Shown: positions 19,576-28,751 of the stretch, piece by piece | Layout: every line of letters starts with the position of its first letter | Numbering within the stretch: the stretch's first letter is position 1 | NCBI GenBank assembly: GCA_037441285.1 | Contig: JBBISL010000005.1 | Coordinates: 49,054-113,053 of the forward strand | Direction: 5' to 3' | Length of the DNA: 64,000 bases | Source of the DNA: a candidate division WOR-3 bacterium | GTDB lineage: Bacteria; Hydrothermota; Tepidihabitantia; Tepidihabitantales; Tepidihabitantaceae | Notes under the pieces: model-generated | Told to the model about the DNA's origin: nothing | Databases searched by the model: none | Seen by the model: only the letters and a program-made list of their open reading frames with translations | Program-made: the position numbers and the translations under genes

Positions 19576-20450
19576 GCGACAGCGCCCAGGAAAAGCGTCG
19601 GGCATTGGGTAAGGGAATTCGCGCCATCATTCCCGAGCGGACCCAGGCATCGCTGGCAGCGGAGTTCCGGCCCATTCCGGTTGAGGAGATTCGGCCCAAC
19701 CCGTTTCAGCCCCGGACAATGAAGGAGCCAGAAAACGACCCGAAATTTCAGGAACTGGTGGCGTCAATCAAGGAGAAAGGGGTTTTGCAACCGGTGGTGG
19801 TGCGCCGGCGCCGGGACGGATATGAACTGGTGGCGGGTGAGCGGCGCTGGCGCGCGGCAAAGGCGGCAGGATTGACAACCGTGCCCGCGGTGGTGCGGGC
19901 GGTTGAGGACCGGGAGATGCTGGAGCAGGCGCTGGTGGAAAACCTGCAGCGCGAAGACCTGAACCCGATTGAAGAGGCGCTTGCCTACAAAAAACTGGTC
20001 GATGAGTTTCACTTGACCCATGAGGAGGTTGCGCGGCGGGTCGGCAAGGACCGCTCCACGGTAACCAATGTGATGCGGCTCTTGACGCTGCCCTTCCGGG
20101 TGCGGGATGCGCTTGCCGCCGGTTTAATCACGCCGGGGCATGCCCGGGCGCTCTTGAGCATCAACAGCCGGCGCGAACAGGTGGAGTTGTGCGAGCGGGT
20201 GATAAATGAAGGGCTGTCGGTGCGGGCACTTGAAGGGTTGTGTGGCGGGGGGAAACGGCGCGTCCGGGTGCAGGAAAAGGAAAAGGATGTCCACATCAAA
20301 GAACTGGAAGAGGCGCTGCAAGCGCTGTTTCAGACCCGGGTCACAATCTTCCCCGCCGCCGGTGAGAAAAAACCGGGCAGGGTGGTGATTGAGTTCTTTT
20401 CCGAAGACGACCTGAACCGCATTGTCAAAATTCTGAAAAGACAACCGTAA
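19572..20450 (+). CDS. parB: Chromosome partitioning protein ParB/Spo0J
   Basis: ALGKG, PNPFQPR, AGERRWRAA, ENLQREDLNPIEEA, HTH. Confidence 0.95.
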   Translation: MSDSAQEKRRALGKGIRAIIPERTQASLAAEFRPIPVEEIRPNPFQPRTMKEPENDPKFQELVASIKEKGVLQPVVVRRRRDGYELVAGERRWRAAKAAGLTTVPAVVRAVEDREMLEQALVENLQREDLNPIEEALAYKKLVDEFHLTHEEVARRVGKDRSTVTNVMRLLTLPFRVRDALAAGLITPGHARALLSINSRREQVELCERVINEGLSVRALEGLCGGGKRRVRVQEKEKDVHIKELEEALQALFQTRVTIFPAAGEKKPGRVVIEFFSEDDLNRIVKILKRQP

Positions 20451-21203
20451 GTGGCACGCAAAGAGATTACCGTTTTCATCTTTGGCAACTACACACCCAA
20501 CTCGCTACGCTTCAGCCTCTCGCTCGGACTGGCGCGCTTTCTGTTTGTCGTGCTCGTGTTTATGACGGTGATGCTGTTCGTTGCGTTCGGACTCGTGGCG
20601 TCCGGGGCGTACCGATTCAGCCGGATGGTGTATCTGGCGCGGCGCAACCGGCAACTGGAACAGGAGTTCAAAAAGGTGACGGCGCTCCAAGAGCGGCTCG
20701 AGTTTCTTGAAAAGGAGCGGGAGAAACTGGCAAAGATGCTCGGGGTTGACCTGACACCACCACCGGTGAACTGGCAGACCGGAATGGTTGACTCAGCCGG
20801 CGTGCCCGACTGGGTCAAAAATCAACCCTGGGGCAGTCAACCGCTGCCGGTACTGGTGCCGGTGAGCGGCTATGTGGTCTCACGCGGGGCGAGTGTTGAG
20901 CATATGGCGATTGACTTTGCCTGCCAGAAAGGCAGTTTAGTGCGGGCAACGGCCGATGGGATTGTTCTGGAAAAGGGGGTTGACAAACAGTTCGGCAGAT
21001 ACCTCCTTTTACGCCACGAAAAGGGCTACGACAGTTACTATGGACATCTCGAAAACTGGCTGGTCCAGCGCGGGGACACGGTCAAGGTGGGTGCGATTAT
21101 CGGTAAGGTCGGGATGACCGGACAGGCAAGTGCGCCCCATCTCCACTTTGAAATCAGAAAAAATGGCAAACCGATTGACCCGGCAACGCTCCTGAAACTG
21201 TAA
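20451..21203 (+). CDS. M23 family metallopeptidase
   Basis: HMAIDF, YYGHL, PHLHFEIR; N-terminal TM and coiled coil. Confidence 0.9.
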   Translation: MARKEITVFIFGNYTPNSLRFSLSLGLARFLFVVLVFMTVMLFVAFGLVASGAYRFSRMVYLARRNRQLEQEFKKVTALQERLEFLEKEREKLAKMLGVDLTPPPVNWQTGMVDSAGVPDWVKNQPWGSQPLPVLVPVSGYVVSRGASVEHMAIDFACQKGSLVRATADGIVLEKGVDKQFGRYLLLRHEKGYDSYYGHLENWLVQRGDTVKVGAIIGKVGMTGQASAPHLHFEIRKNGKPIDPATLLKL

Positions 21204-21469
21204 AATCGGGCTTAAGCACAGAAACAGCGGTTTATTTTACGGCGATGGGTGCCTTATCTTTTAGACCCCAATTTCCCGCCCTTTTAACGCTCTGTTAACT
21301 CATTGAAATCCTGTTGATTACCGCAGGGGGTACGGTATAGGTAACGACCCTCTGGGTCGTTCCGGGGGTAGTATTCAGGGCTCTCTTTTGTCTGGCTAAT
21401 AAGGTGGAATCGGTGGCGACTTTTTCGGCTGATGCCGTTTTTATGGTTTGGAACCTGCCCGATTTTTAC

Positions 21470-21891
21470 TCCGGCGCGGGCGGTGTTTATCGAGTGGTAT
21501 AAAAAAAGCGGCTTATCAGAAGATTGGCGAAAGGTTGCGGTGGTATGCAAGTAAACGGGGGTTTGAGTATCGAGCGCTGCGCATTACCAATGCGACGAAA
21601 CGCTGGGGGTCTTGTTCACAGAACAAAACTCTTAACTTCACCTGGCGACTGGTGATGGCACCGTTACCGGTGCTCGACTATGTTGTAGTGCATGAACTGG
21701 TTCATCTGGAAGAGAGGAGACATAATAAAAATTTCTGGAGTATTGTGAAGATGCTGATACCGGATAGTGAAAGATGTGAAGAATGGTTAAAGACGAACGG
21801 GTATTTGTTGAATTTGTCGGGATTTTTGCAAAGGCTTATAGCCGCACGGTGGGCAGTGCGTTTTATAGAGGAAGAAAAGGGTGCGAGTTGA
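21470..21891 (+). pseudogene. 5'-truncated, frameshifted M48/YgjP (DUF45) metallopeptidase
   Basis: RWGSCS, LDYVVVHELVHL, HNKNFW; ARAVFIEWYKK joins AAYQKI only if A7 (21501-21507) is read as A6. Confidence 0.7.
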
Positions 21892-21942
21892 CAGGGGCGA
21901 AGTTGCGGGTAGAATGGAAGGAGAACCAAAAAGGAGGTGCGT

Positions 21943-22727
21943 TTGTTGAAGTTCGTTAAGGTTGGTGCAATGGCGCTTTTGCTGTTGGCACCGGCTTTGG
22001 TAATGGCTTGGCCCCAACCCGGCGACCCCGCTCCGGATGTTTCAGTTCCGGACACCGCCTGGGTTACACATCTTGTGCCTTCGGAGTACCGGGGGCATGT
22101 TGTCCAGCTCTTTTTCTGGCAGTCCACCTGACCAGGTTGTCTCGCGAGTTGCCGCGAATCCAGGCAATGTATGATGAGTATGGCGCTCAGGGTTATCTGC
22201 CTTTGGGAATAAATCTGTTTCAGGATATGAATTCGGTGGTGAAGGTTTATGCCCGGCAGTACACCTATCCGTTTTTCCGTGACGGCGGTCCTGCCTGGAG
22301 CGCCTATCGGATGAATGGTTATATCCCGCTGAACTATGTGATTGATACCGCGGGCATCGTGGTCGGGTCAATGGAAGGTTTTGATGAGGCGACGGTGCGG
22401 AGCTGGATTGAGCCGTATCTGACCGGTGTGAAGGAGGAGAAGAGGTCAGCGGTGCCGGAGCTGGTGCGCGTTTTCCCGAACCCGGCAGGGATGAGTCAAA
22501 GGCTGAGTTTCAGTTTGCCCGCCGCAAGTCCGGTTACGGTGCGGGTCTATGCCGCTTCCGGGGAACTGGTGCGCACGGTGTTTTCCGGTACGCTGACAGC
22601 GGGCAATCAGTCGGTGGTCTGGAATCTAACCGATGATGGGGGTAAGTCGGTGCCGAATGGTCTTTACTTTTACGAGGTTGCCGCTGGTGCCAGTAGCGTA
22701 CGGATGAAGGCGTCAGTTTTGCGATAG
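21943..22727 (+). CDS. Probable selenoprotein: signal peptide + TlpA/AhpC-like thioredoxin fold (UPGC) + FlgD/T9SS-like tail; also needs a -1 shift at 22146
   Basis: GDPAPDVSVPD..SEYRGHVVQLFFWQST-TGA(22129-31)-PGC-LA then ELPRIQAMYDEY in the -1 frame; promoter TTGACA-N16-TAGAAT (21888-21915) and AGGAGG RBS intact. Confidence 0.75.
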
Positions 22728-22741
22728 CGCAAACGGGTTTT

Positions 22742-22773
22742 AAAGGGCGTCCGATTTTCGGGCGCCCTTTTTT
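22742..22773 (+). terminator. Rho-independent terminator
   Basis: AAGGGCGTCCGA/TCGGGCGCCCTT stem + T-run. Confidence 0.85.
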
Positions 22774-22808
22774 GTTGACCGGTTTTGAGAGGTTTTTAGA
22801 ATAGTGGT

Positions 22809-24056
22809 GTGAAAAGGTTGCTGATTTTTAGCCTGATTTTTCTTGCGGTTGTAACCGGGTGCCGGACCAAGTCGAAGCGGGTCACGGTGCGGTTCTGGCA
22901 TGCGATGGGTGGTGAGGCGCAGAAGACCTTGAAGGCGATGGTTGAGCGGTTTGAGAAGGAGAATCCGGACATTCGTATTGAACTAGTGGGGATGGGGAAT
23001 TACGATGCGCTGGCGCAGAAGTTGCTGGGCGCGGTGGCGGTGCAGAGTCCACCAACAATTGCCCAGATGTATGAGAACTGGACAACGCAGTTGTTTGCCG
23101 CGGGCGAACTGGAGTTTTTAGAGGATTATATGAACGGTCCTGAGGGGTTGAGTGCAGAGGAGCGGGCTGATATTTATCCTCGGTTGCTGGAGAACAATCG
23201 CTGGGAGGGGAAGATTTTAACCCTGCCGTTTAATAAGAGTGTGCCGGTTTACTATTACAATGTGAATATGTTGAAGGCGGCGGGTTATGATTCGTTTCCG
23301 GGTACCTGGGAGGAGTTTCGCAGGATGTGTCGTCAGGTGGTGCGGCGGAATGAGCGGGGCGAGGTTGAGGTGTGGGCAACGGCAAACGGGACCGATATCT
23401 GGATTTTTGGCTCGATGCTGTTTCAGCGGGGCGGCAGGTTTTTAGACCAGGAGGATGGCAAACCTGAGTTTAACGGTCCGGTCGGGGTTGAGGTTTTGCG
23501 GTTTCAGGTGGATTTGATTTACCGGGACAGTGTGCAGACAACAGTGACGGGCCGGAATCCGATGGACGACTTTCTGGTGGGAAGGATAGCAACCCTGACC
23601 GGCAGTTCAACCTGGCGGGCACCAGTGGTTGATAAGGAGAGTTTTCCGGTGGGGATGGCACCGGTGCCAGTTTGGGGTAAGGAGCGGGCGGCGATTATCT
23701 ACGGGACGAACATCGGGATGTTTAAGCGGGCAAAGCCGGAGGAGAAGAGGGCGGCGTGGCGGTTTATTAAGTGGTTTATTGCGCCCGAGCAGCAGGTGGA
23801 GTGGTCTTTGGGTACCTGGTATGTGCCGATTCACCGCCGATGTCTTGACGACCCGCGGCTTAAGGAGCGGCTGGAAAAGACACCGGGTTTGCGCGCGGCG
23901 TATGAGCAGATGGAGTTCGGGGTATTTGAGCCGCGCGGGCTAAAGTGGCTTGCCGGCAGGAAGGCGCTGGTTGAGGAGCTGGAGGCGGCAACGCTTGGCA
24001 TCAAAACGCCCGAGCAGGCGCTGAACGATGCTGCCCGGCGTTATCAGGCTCAGTAG
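22809..24056 (+). CDS. ABC sugar/glycerol-3-phosphate substrate-binding lipoprotein (UgpB-like)
   Basis: Lipobox VTGC, FWHAMGG, LPFNKSVPVYYYN, AAWRFIKW; leaderless promoter at 22775-22802. Confidence 0.9.
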   Translation: MKRLLIFSLIFLAVVTGCRTKSKRVTVRFWHAMGGEAQKTLKAMVERFEKENPDIRIELVGMGNYDALAQKLLGAVAVQSPPTIAQMYENWTTQLFAAGELEFLEDYMNGPEGLSAEERADIYPRLLENNRWEGKILTLPFNKSVPVYYYNVNMLKAAGYDSFPGTWEEFRRMCRQVVRRNERGEVEVWATANGTDIWIFGSMLFQRGGRFLDQEDGKPEFNGPVGVEVLRFQVDLIYRDSVQTTVTGRNPMDDFLVGRIATLTGSSTWRAPVVDKESFPVGMAPVPVWGKERAAIIYGTNIGMFKRAKPEEKRAAWRFIKWFIAPEQQVEWSLGTWYVPIHRRCLDDPRLKERLEKTPGLRAAYEQMEFGVFEPRGLKWLAGRKALVEELEAATLGIKTPEQALNDAARRYQAQ

Positions 24057-24787
24057 CGCACCGATTCGAGGATGAGCCCGTTGGCAGGTGCGGTCGGGAA
24101 GGAACGATGCGCCCTACCGGCAAGGGCAGCACGGATTTGTTGCTTTGTGAGGCGGCACGCCGCATAAGCGACCATTGCCCCCACAATTCGGCGCACCATT
24201 TTGTAGAGGAAGCGGTCACCCTGGATAAAAATGGTTATCTGGTCGTGAGCGGTTTTTATCCGGATTGAGAAAATCTGGCAGACGCCGTTCGGTTCCCGGG
24301 TGTGGCAGAAGGGGTTGTAGTCGCGTTTGCCGAGAAAGAGGTGGGCGGCAGATTTGAGTCGGTCAAGGTTTAAGGGGTAAGGGTATTCCCAGGCATAGCG
24401 GCGGCGGAGTGGTGAGCGGTTGAGGACAATGGCGTAGGAGTAGGTTTTGGCTCGAGCCGAGTAACGGGCGTGGAATTCAAGGGGAACGGGTTCGGCAGAT
24501 TTCACGAAGATGTCACGGGGTAGATAGAAGTTGAGCGCCGGCGCAATCTTTTTTACCGGGAGCGCAGAGTCGGTGAAGAAGTTGGCAATGTAGTTGCGCG
24601 CCGAGACCCCGGCATCGGTGCGGCTGCAGCCGTAGATTTCGGTGGCGGTGCCGAACAGCTTTTGGAGGGCATTCTGGAGTTCGGCCTGAATGGTTGGTGT
24701 GTTGGGCTGAATCTGCCAGCCGTAGTAGTTTGTGCCGTCAAATTCAATTGTCAGCCGGATGTTGCGCAGGAGAGTGGTTTGGCTCAT
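24050..24787 (-). CDS. truA: tRNA pseudouridine(38-40) synthase
   Basis: FDGTNYYGWQ, SRTDAGV, FHARYSA, FLYKMVR. Confidence 0.95.
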   Translation of the reverse strand: MSQTTLLRNIRLTIEFDGTNYYGWQIQPNTPTIQAELQNALQKLFGTATEIYGCSRTDAGVSARNYIANFFTDSALPVKKIAPALNFYLPRDIFVKSAEPVPLEFHARYSARAKTYSYAIVLNRSPLRRRYAWEYPYPLNLDRLKSAAHLFLGKRDYNPFCHTREPNGVCQIFSIRIKTAHDQITIFIQGDRFLYKMVRRIVGAMVAYAACRLTKQQIRAALAGRAHRSFPTAPANGLILESVRY

Positions 24788-24790
24788 CGG

Positions 24791-25441
24791 TCAGAAGACA
24801 AAGGAGAAAATGGTGCACAGGGCAGCAGGGATGAGGAGAAAAAGGTCGGTAATAAAGAGTTTTAACCGGCGGTCGGAAGGGTTGAGAGAGATTGGGGTTT
24901 GGTTCAGGCACTGGTGCTGTGCCAGTTGGAGGCGTCGGGCGATGGCGTCGGGAAGCTGACGCAGTTCCGGGATGCGGATGTCGGCGAAGATGGGGACAAG
25001 TTGCAGGGTGGTGGTCAAGAGTGAGGCGAGTTGTTTGCCAAAGATGTTGTGGAAGAAGTCAAGGAGTTCGGGTTGCGGACAGGCGGTGACGAGGATAGCG
25101 GTTAGTAAAACACCCCAGATAAGACGGTAGGAGATGAGGATACCATTGAGGGCGCCCGGGGTACTGAAGAGATTAAGGAGTTTGGGTTTGGGTCCGAGCA
25201 GGGCGTTAGAGAGTACGAGCGCGGGCGCCAGCCAGATGAAGGTACGCAGGGGGATAATGTTTTTGCGAGTTGGTTTAAGCATAATGTAGAGGTAGAGGAT
25301 GAGCAGCGCCGAGACGGCAATCTCGAGTTCGTGGTTGATGGTTAAGAGTCCGGGAAGGGAGAAGAGAAGCGTGCCGATTCGGCCCGAGACCGAGAAGCGT
25401 TGATGGTTTGTCAGACTTCTTTTTTCGCTTTTTGCGCACAC
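24791..25441 (-). CDS. Energy-coupling factor transmembrane component EcfT-like (divergent; start uncertain)
   Basis: Multiple TM helices, LQLVPIF, position upstream of truA as in ecfT-truA. Confidence 0.55.
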   Translation of the reverse strand: MCAKSEKRSLTNHQRFSVSGRIGTLLFSLPGLLTINHELEIAVSALLILYLYIMLKPTRKNIIPLRTFIWLAPALVLSNALLGPKPKLLNLFSTPGALNGILISYRLIWGVLLTAILVTACPQPELLDFFHNIFGKQLASLLTTTLQLVPIFADIRIPELRQLPDAIARRLQLAQHQCLNQTPISLNPSDRRLKLFITDLFLLIPAALCTIFSFVF

Positions 25442-25809
25442 TTCATACAGAACCGGGCAGCGGGCACCGCCTCAAGCCGGGCAAGAGGTATTGGTTCGCC
25501 GCACAGTTCGCAGATGCCGTAGGTGCCGGCAGCAATTTTGCTGAGGGCATCGTCAATGTCGCGCAGGGAGCGGGATTCAATCGAGCGTAACTGGGAGGCG
25601 AGTTCGCGCTGGAAGTTTTCGGTGCCCTGGTCGGCAATATGGGTGCGATGGCTGGAAAGGTCGCCGGTGTCGGCGGGAACATCCATTACCTGACGGGTGA
25701 AGTTACCCTGGCGCAGGATGCGTTGTTTTTCATTGAGGAGCGCCTGTTCCAGACGGCGCAGGTCTTTCGTTGAAATGGGGCGGACGGTTTTTTTCTTTGC
25801 TTTCGCCAT
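25411..25809 (-). CDS. TraR/DksA C4-type zinc finger protein
   Basis: HIADQGT, GTYGICELCGEPIPLARLEAVPAARFCMKC. Confidence 0.9.
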   Translation of the reverse strand: MAKAKKKTVRPISTKDLRRLEQALLNEKQRILRQGNFTRQVMDVPADTGDLSSHRTHIADQGTENFQRELASQLRSIESRSLRDIDDALSKIAAGTYGICELCGEPIPLARLEAVPAARFCMKCAQKAKKEV

Positions 25810-28745
25810 TATGTTTTTACCCTCCTGATGGCGAGCCGTGCGGGCTCGCGGTTTACGGTAATTTCCGTTTCAATTTCCGCCTGGTCAAGGGGCACAAATT
25901 TCAGTTCTACCGCCAGGGTTTCCTGCTGGAGGTACTCTTTAAACTGCTGGACTGCTTGAGTAAGGCGGTCTGAACCCTGACAGGAAAGGGCGATGCGGTC
26001 GGCAACCTCAAATCCGGCGTTTTTGCGCAGGTTCTGAATCCGGCGGATGAGTTCACGCACCAAGCCTTCGGCTTCCAGTTCCGGGGTGAGCTGGATGTCA
26101 ATCCCGATGGTAAAATGGTCACTCTCTTCCATTGCCAATCCTTTGGGCAATGTTCCGGTGGTAAAGGTGATGTTGCGGATGTTCAGTTCGTCTTTGACAA
26201 TCTCGATGTCGGGTTCAAGGCGGTGTTGGTCAACCGGTGGTTTTGGCATAACGAACATCCGGGATAGCGGCTGGCGCACTTTGATGCGCGACTTTTCCCG
26301 GGCGGCATGGCCCAGCGATACCAGTTCGCGGGCAAGTTGCATATCGGCTTCCAGTTCTGGGTCGATGAGCGTTTTGTCGGGTTCAGGGTAGAATGTAAGG
26401 TGGACGCTGTCGGGCGCCTGGGGGTCACAGGAGCGGACGAGGTTCTGGTAGATTTCTTCGGTAAGGAAGGGGATGAATGGCGCAAGGAGTTTGACGAGGG
26501 TTACGAGGCAGGTGTAGAGGGTGTGGTAGGCGGCGTTTTTGTCCTGGTCGGCAGCAGACTTCCAGAATCGGCGCCGGCTGCGGCGGACATACCAGGTGGA
26601 CAAGTCGTCGATAAACTGTTCCGCCGCCAGTGCCGCGGCGGCACAGTCGTAGTCTTCAAGCCGTTCGCGGGTGAACAAAACGAGGTTGTTGAGACGGGAG
26701 AGAATCCAGCGGTCAAGGCGGCTGAGGTGTTCTTTTTTCACATTCAGGGTTGTGGGGTTGACTTTGTCGATGAGGGCGTAGGTGACAAAGAAGCTGTAAA
26801 CATTCCAGAGGGTGAGGAGTTTGCGCTTGACCTCTTCGCCGACCTTGAATCCGAAGAGGAGGTTCTGGGTCGGGTTGTGGCGGCAAAAGACCCAGCGCAT
26901 CGTGTCGGCACCCATTTTTGCCACCGCCTCTTCGACTTCAATGGCGTTGCCCCAGGATTTGTGCATCTCCCGGCCATCTTCAGCCTTCATCGTTGCATAA
27001 CCGAGTACGGTGCGGAAGGGCGAGCATTTTTCGAGAACGGTGCTCATCGCGAGAATGGCGTAGAACCAGTTGCGGAATTGACCGGGGAAGGATTCGGTGA
27101 TGAAGTCAAAGGGGAACCATTCCTGCCAGTAGTTGCGGTTGGTAAGGTAATGGGTGGTAGAGAAGGGCACGATGCCGGCATCAAGCCAGGGGTTGCCAAC
27201 ATCTTTGATGCGGGAGACGAGGTTGCCGCATTTGGGGCAGCCGATTTTTACTTCATCAATCCAAGGGCGATGCGGTGTGTGGCCCGCAAACTTTTCCCAG
27301 CCGGTGTGCGCCCTTTCTCTTAACTCCTCGGGTGAACCGATGACATCAAACCAGCCGCAGGAGCATTTGTAGATGGGAAGGGCGAGTCCCCAGTAACGCT
27401 TTTTGGAGATGCACCAGTCACCCATGTTGCGCAGCCAGTCCAGTTCCCGTTCAAGACCAAATTCCGGAATCCAGCGCACCTGTCTTGCCGATGCCATAAT
27501 CGCCTCCCGCAATGGGTCCATTGCGATGAACCACTCATCAACGAGGCGGAATACCAGTTCCTCACCACAGCGCCAGCAGACCGGATAGCGGTGGGTGTAA
27601 TCTTCTACCCGATAGAGCAAACCTTTCTGTTTGAGGTTTTCAAAAATCTCGGGTGCAACCCGGGCGGCGTCTTTGCCCGTGAGCCAGTCAAAACCTTCTT
27701 TGAATGTGCCGTCTTCGTTCAGGGGGGCGATGACAGAGAGGTTTTCCTCTTTGCCAAGGAGGAAGTCCTCTTTGCCGCAGCCCGGGGCGATGTGCACGAT
27801 GCCGGTACCTTCGGTGGCGCTGACCTCTTTCCAGAGCACGACGCGATGTTCAACCCCTTGCTGCGCCGGGAGTTCATCAAATGGACCCTGGTATTTCAAA
27901 CTGGCAAGTCTGCTACCCGGAAACTCTTCAATTACCTCTGCGCCGTTGCCGAGGACCCGGAGGAGTTCTTTAGCGAGGATCAACACCTCACCGTCCTTTT
28001 TTGCCCGGACATAAATGAGGTCGGGATGAACCGCGGCAGCGGTGTTGGAAGAAAGTGTCCAGGGTGTGGTGGTCCAGACCAGGAGCGATTCGCTGGTACG
28101 GTTTAAGATGGGGAAGCGGACATAAACCGCCGGATGGGTTAATAGCCGGTAACCTTCAGTGGCGATTTCCATATCAGAAATGGCGGTGCCACAACGGGCA
28201 CACCAGGGCATCACATCGGTCCCTTCATAAATTAAGCCGAGTTCGTGGCACTTCTTAAGAAAATACCAGATAGAGTAGTTGTTTTCTTCCGACATCGTGT
28301 AGTAAGAGTTTTCCCAGTCCATCCACTGACCGATAAGGATTGACTGCTGGGTCTGAATGCGGGAGAACCTCATCACCCGTTCTTTGCACTTTTCCACAAA
28401 CCGGGCGATGCCAAACTTTTCGATGTCCTTTTTGGACTTGAAGCCCAGTTCTTTTTCCACCTCGACCTCAACCCAGAGCCCCTGGCAGTCAAAGCCGTTC
28501 TGGAACCGCTGGTCAAAGCCGAGCATCGCCTTATAGCGCTGGAACAGGTCTTTATAGGTTCTACCCCAGGCGTGGTGGACGCCCATCGGACCATTGGCGG
28601 TAATTGGTCCATCCAGAAAGCGGAATTTAGGGTTACCGCGGTTGCGTTCTTTCAGGCGGTGAAAATGGCGACCTTCTTCCCAGAAGCGGAGTATCCGCGT
28701 CTCAATTTCGCGATGGTCAAGTTGAGGGGGTACAGGATTAAACAT
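25809..28745 (-). CDS. ileS: Isoleucine--tRNA ligase (type 2)
   Basis: FLDGPITANGPMGVHH, WTTTPWT, GTGIVHIAP, WCISKKRYWG, EMHKSWGN; no C-terminal zinc finger. Confidence 0.95.
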   Translation of the reverse strand: MFNPVPPQLDHREIETRILRFWEEGRHFHRLKERNRGNPKFRFLDGPITANGPMGVHHAWGRTYKDLFQRYKAMLGFDQRFQNGFDCQGLWVEVEVEKELGFKSKKDIEKFGIARFVEKCKERVMRFSRIQTQQSILIGQWMDWENSYYTMSEENNYSIWYFLKKCHELGLIYEGTDVMPWCARCGTAISDMEIATEGYRLLTHPAVYVRFPILNRTSESLLVWTTTPWTLSSNTAAAVHPDLIYVRAKKDGEVLILAKELLRVLGNGAEVIEEFPGSRLASLKYQGPFDELPAQQGVEHRVVLWKEVSATEGTGIVHIAPGCGKEDFLLGKEENLSVIAPLNEDGTFKEGFDWLTGKDAARVAPEIFENLKQKGLLYRVEDYTHRYPVCWRCGEELVFRLVDEWFIAMDPLREAIMASARQVRWIPEFGLERELDWLRNMGDWCISKKRYWGLALPIYKCSCGWFDVIGSPEELRERAHTGWEKFAGHTPHRPWIDEVKIGCPKCGNLVSRIKDVGNPWLDAGIVPFSTTHYLTNRNYWQEWFPFDFITESFPGQFRNWFYAILAMSTVLEKCSPFRTVLGYATMKAEDGREMHKSWGNAIEVEEAVAKMGADTMRWVFCRHNPTQNLLFGFKVGEEVKRKLLTLWNVYSFFVTYALIDKVNPTTLNVKKEHLSRLDRWILSRLNNLVLFTRERLEDYDCAAAALAAEQFIDDLSTWYVRRSRRRFWKSAADQDKNAAYHTLYTCLVTLVKLLAPFIPFLTEEIYQNLVRSCDPQAPDSVHLTFYPEPDKTLIDPELEADMQLARELVSLGHAAREKSRIKVRQPLSRMFVMPKPPVDQHRLEPDIEIVKDELNIRNITFTTGTLPKGLAMEESDHFTIGIDIQLTPELEAEGLVRELIRRIQNLRKNAGFEVADRIALSCQGSDRLTQAVQQFKEYLQQETLAVELKFVPLDQAEIETEITVNREPARLAIRRVKT

Positions 28746-28751
28746 ATTGAT

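Noticed and set aside
18720..21300. parS site or oriC near parAB
   Set aside because: No TGTTTCACGTGAAACA-like palindrome or DnaA-box cluster noticed
26307..27323. 338-aa plus-strand ORF
   Set aside because: Antisense shadow of ileS
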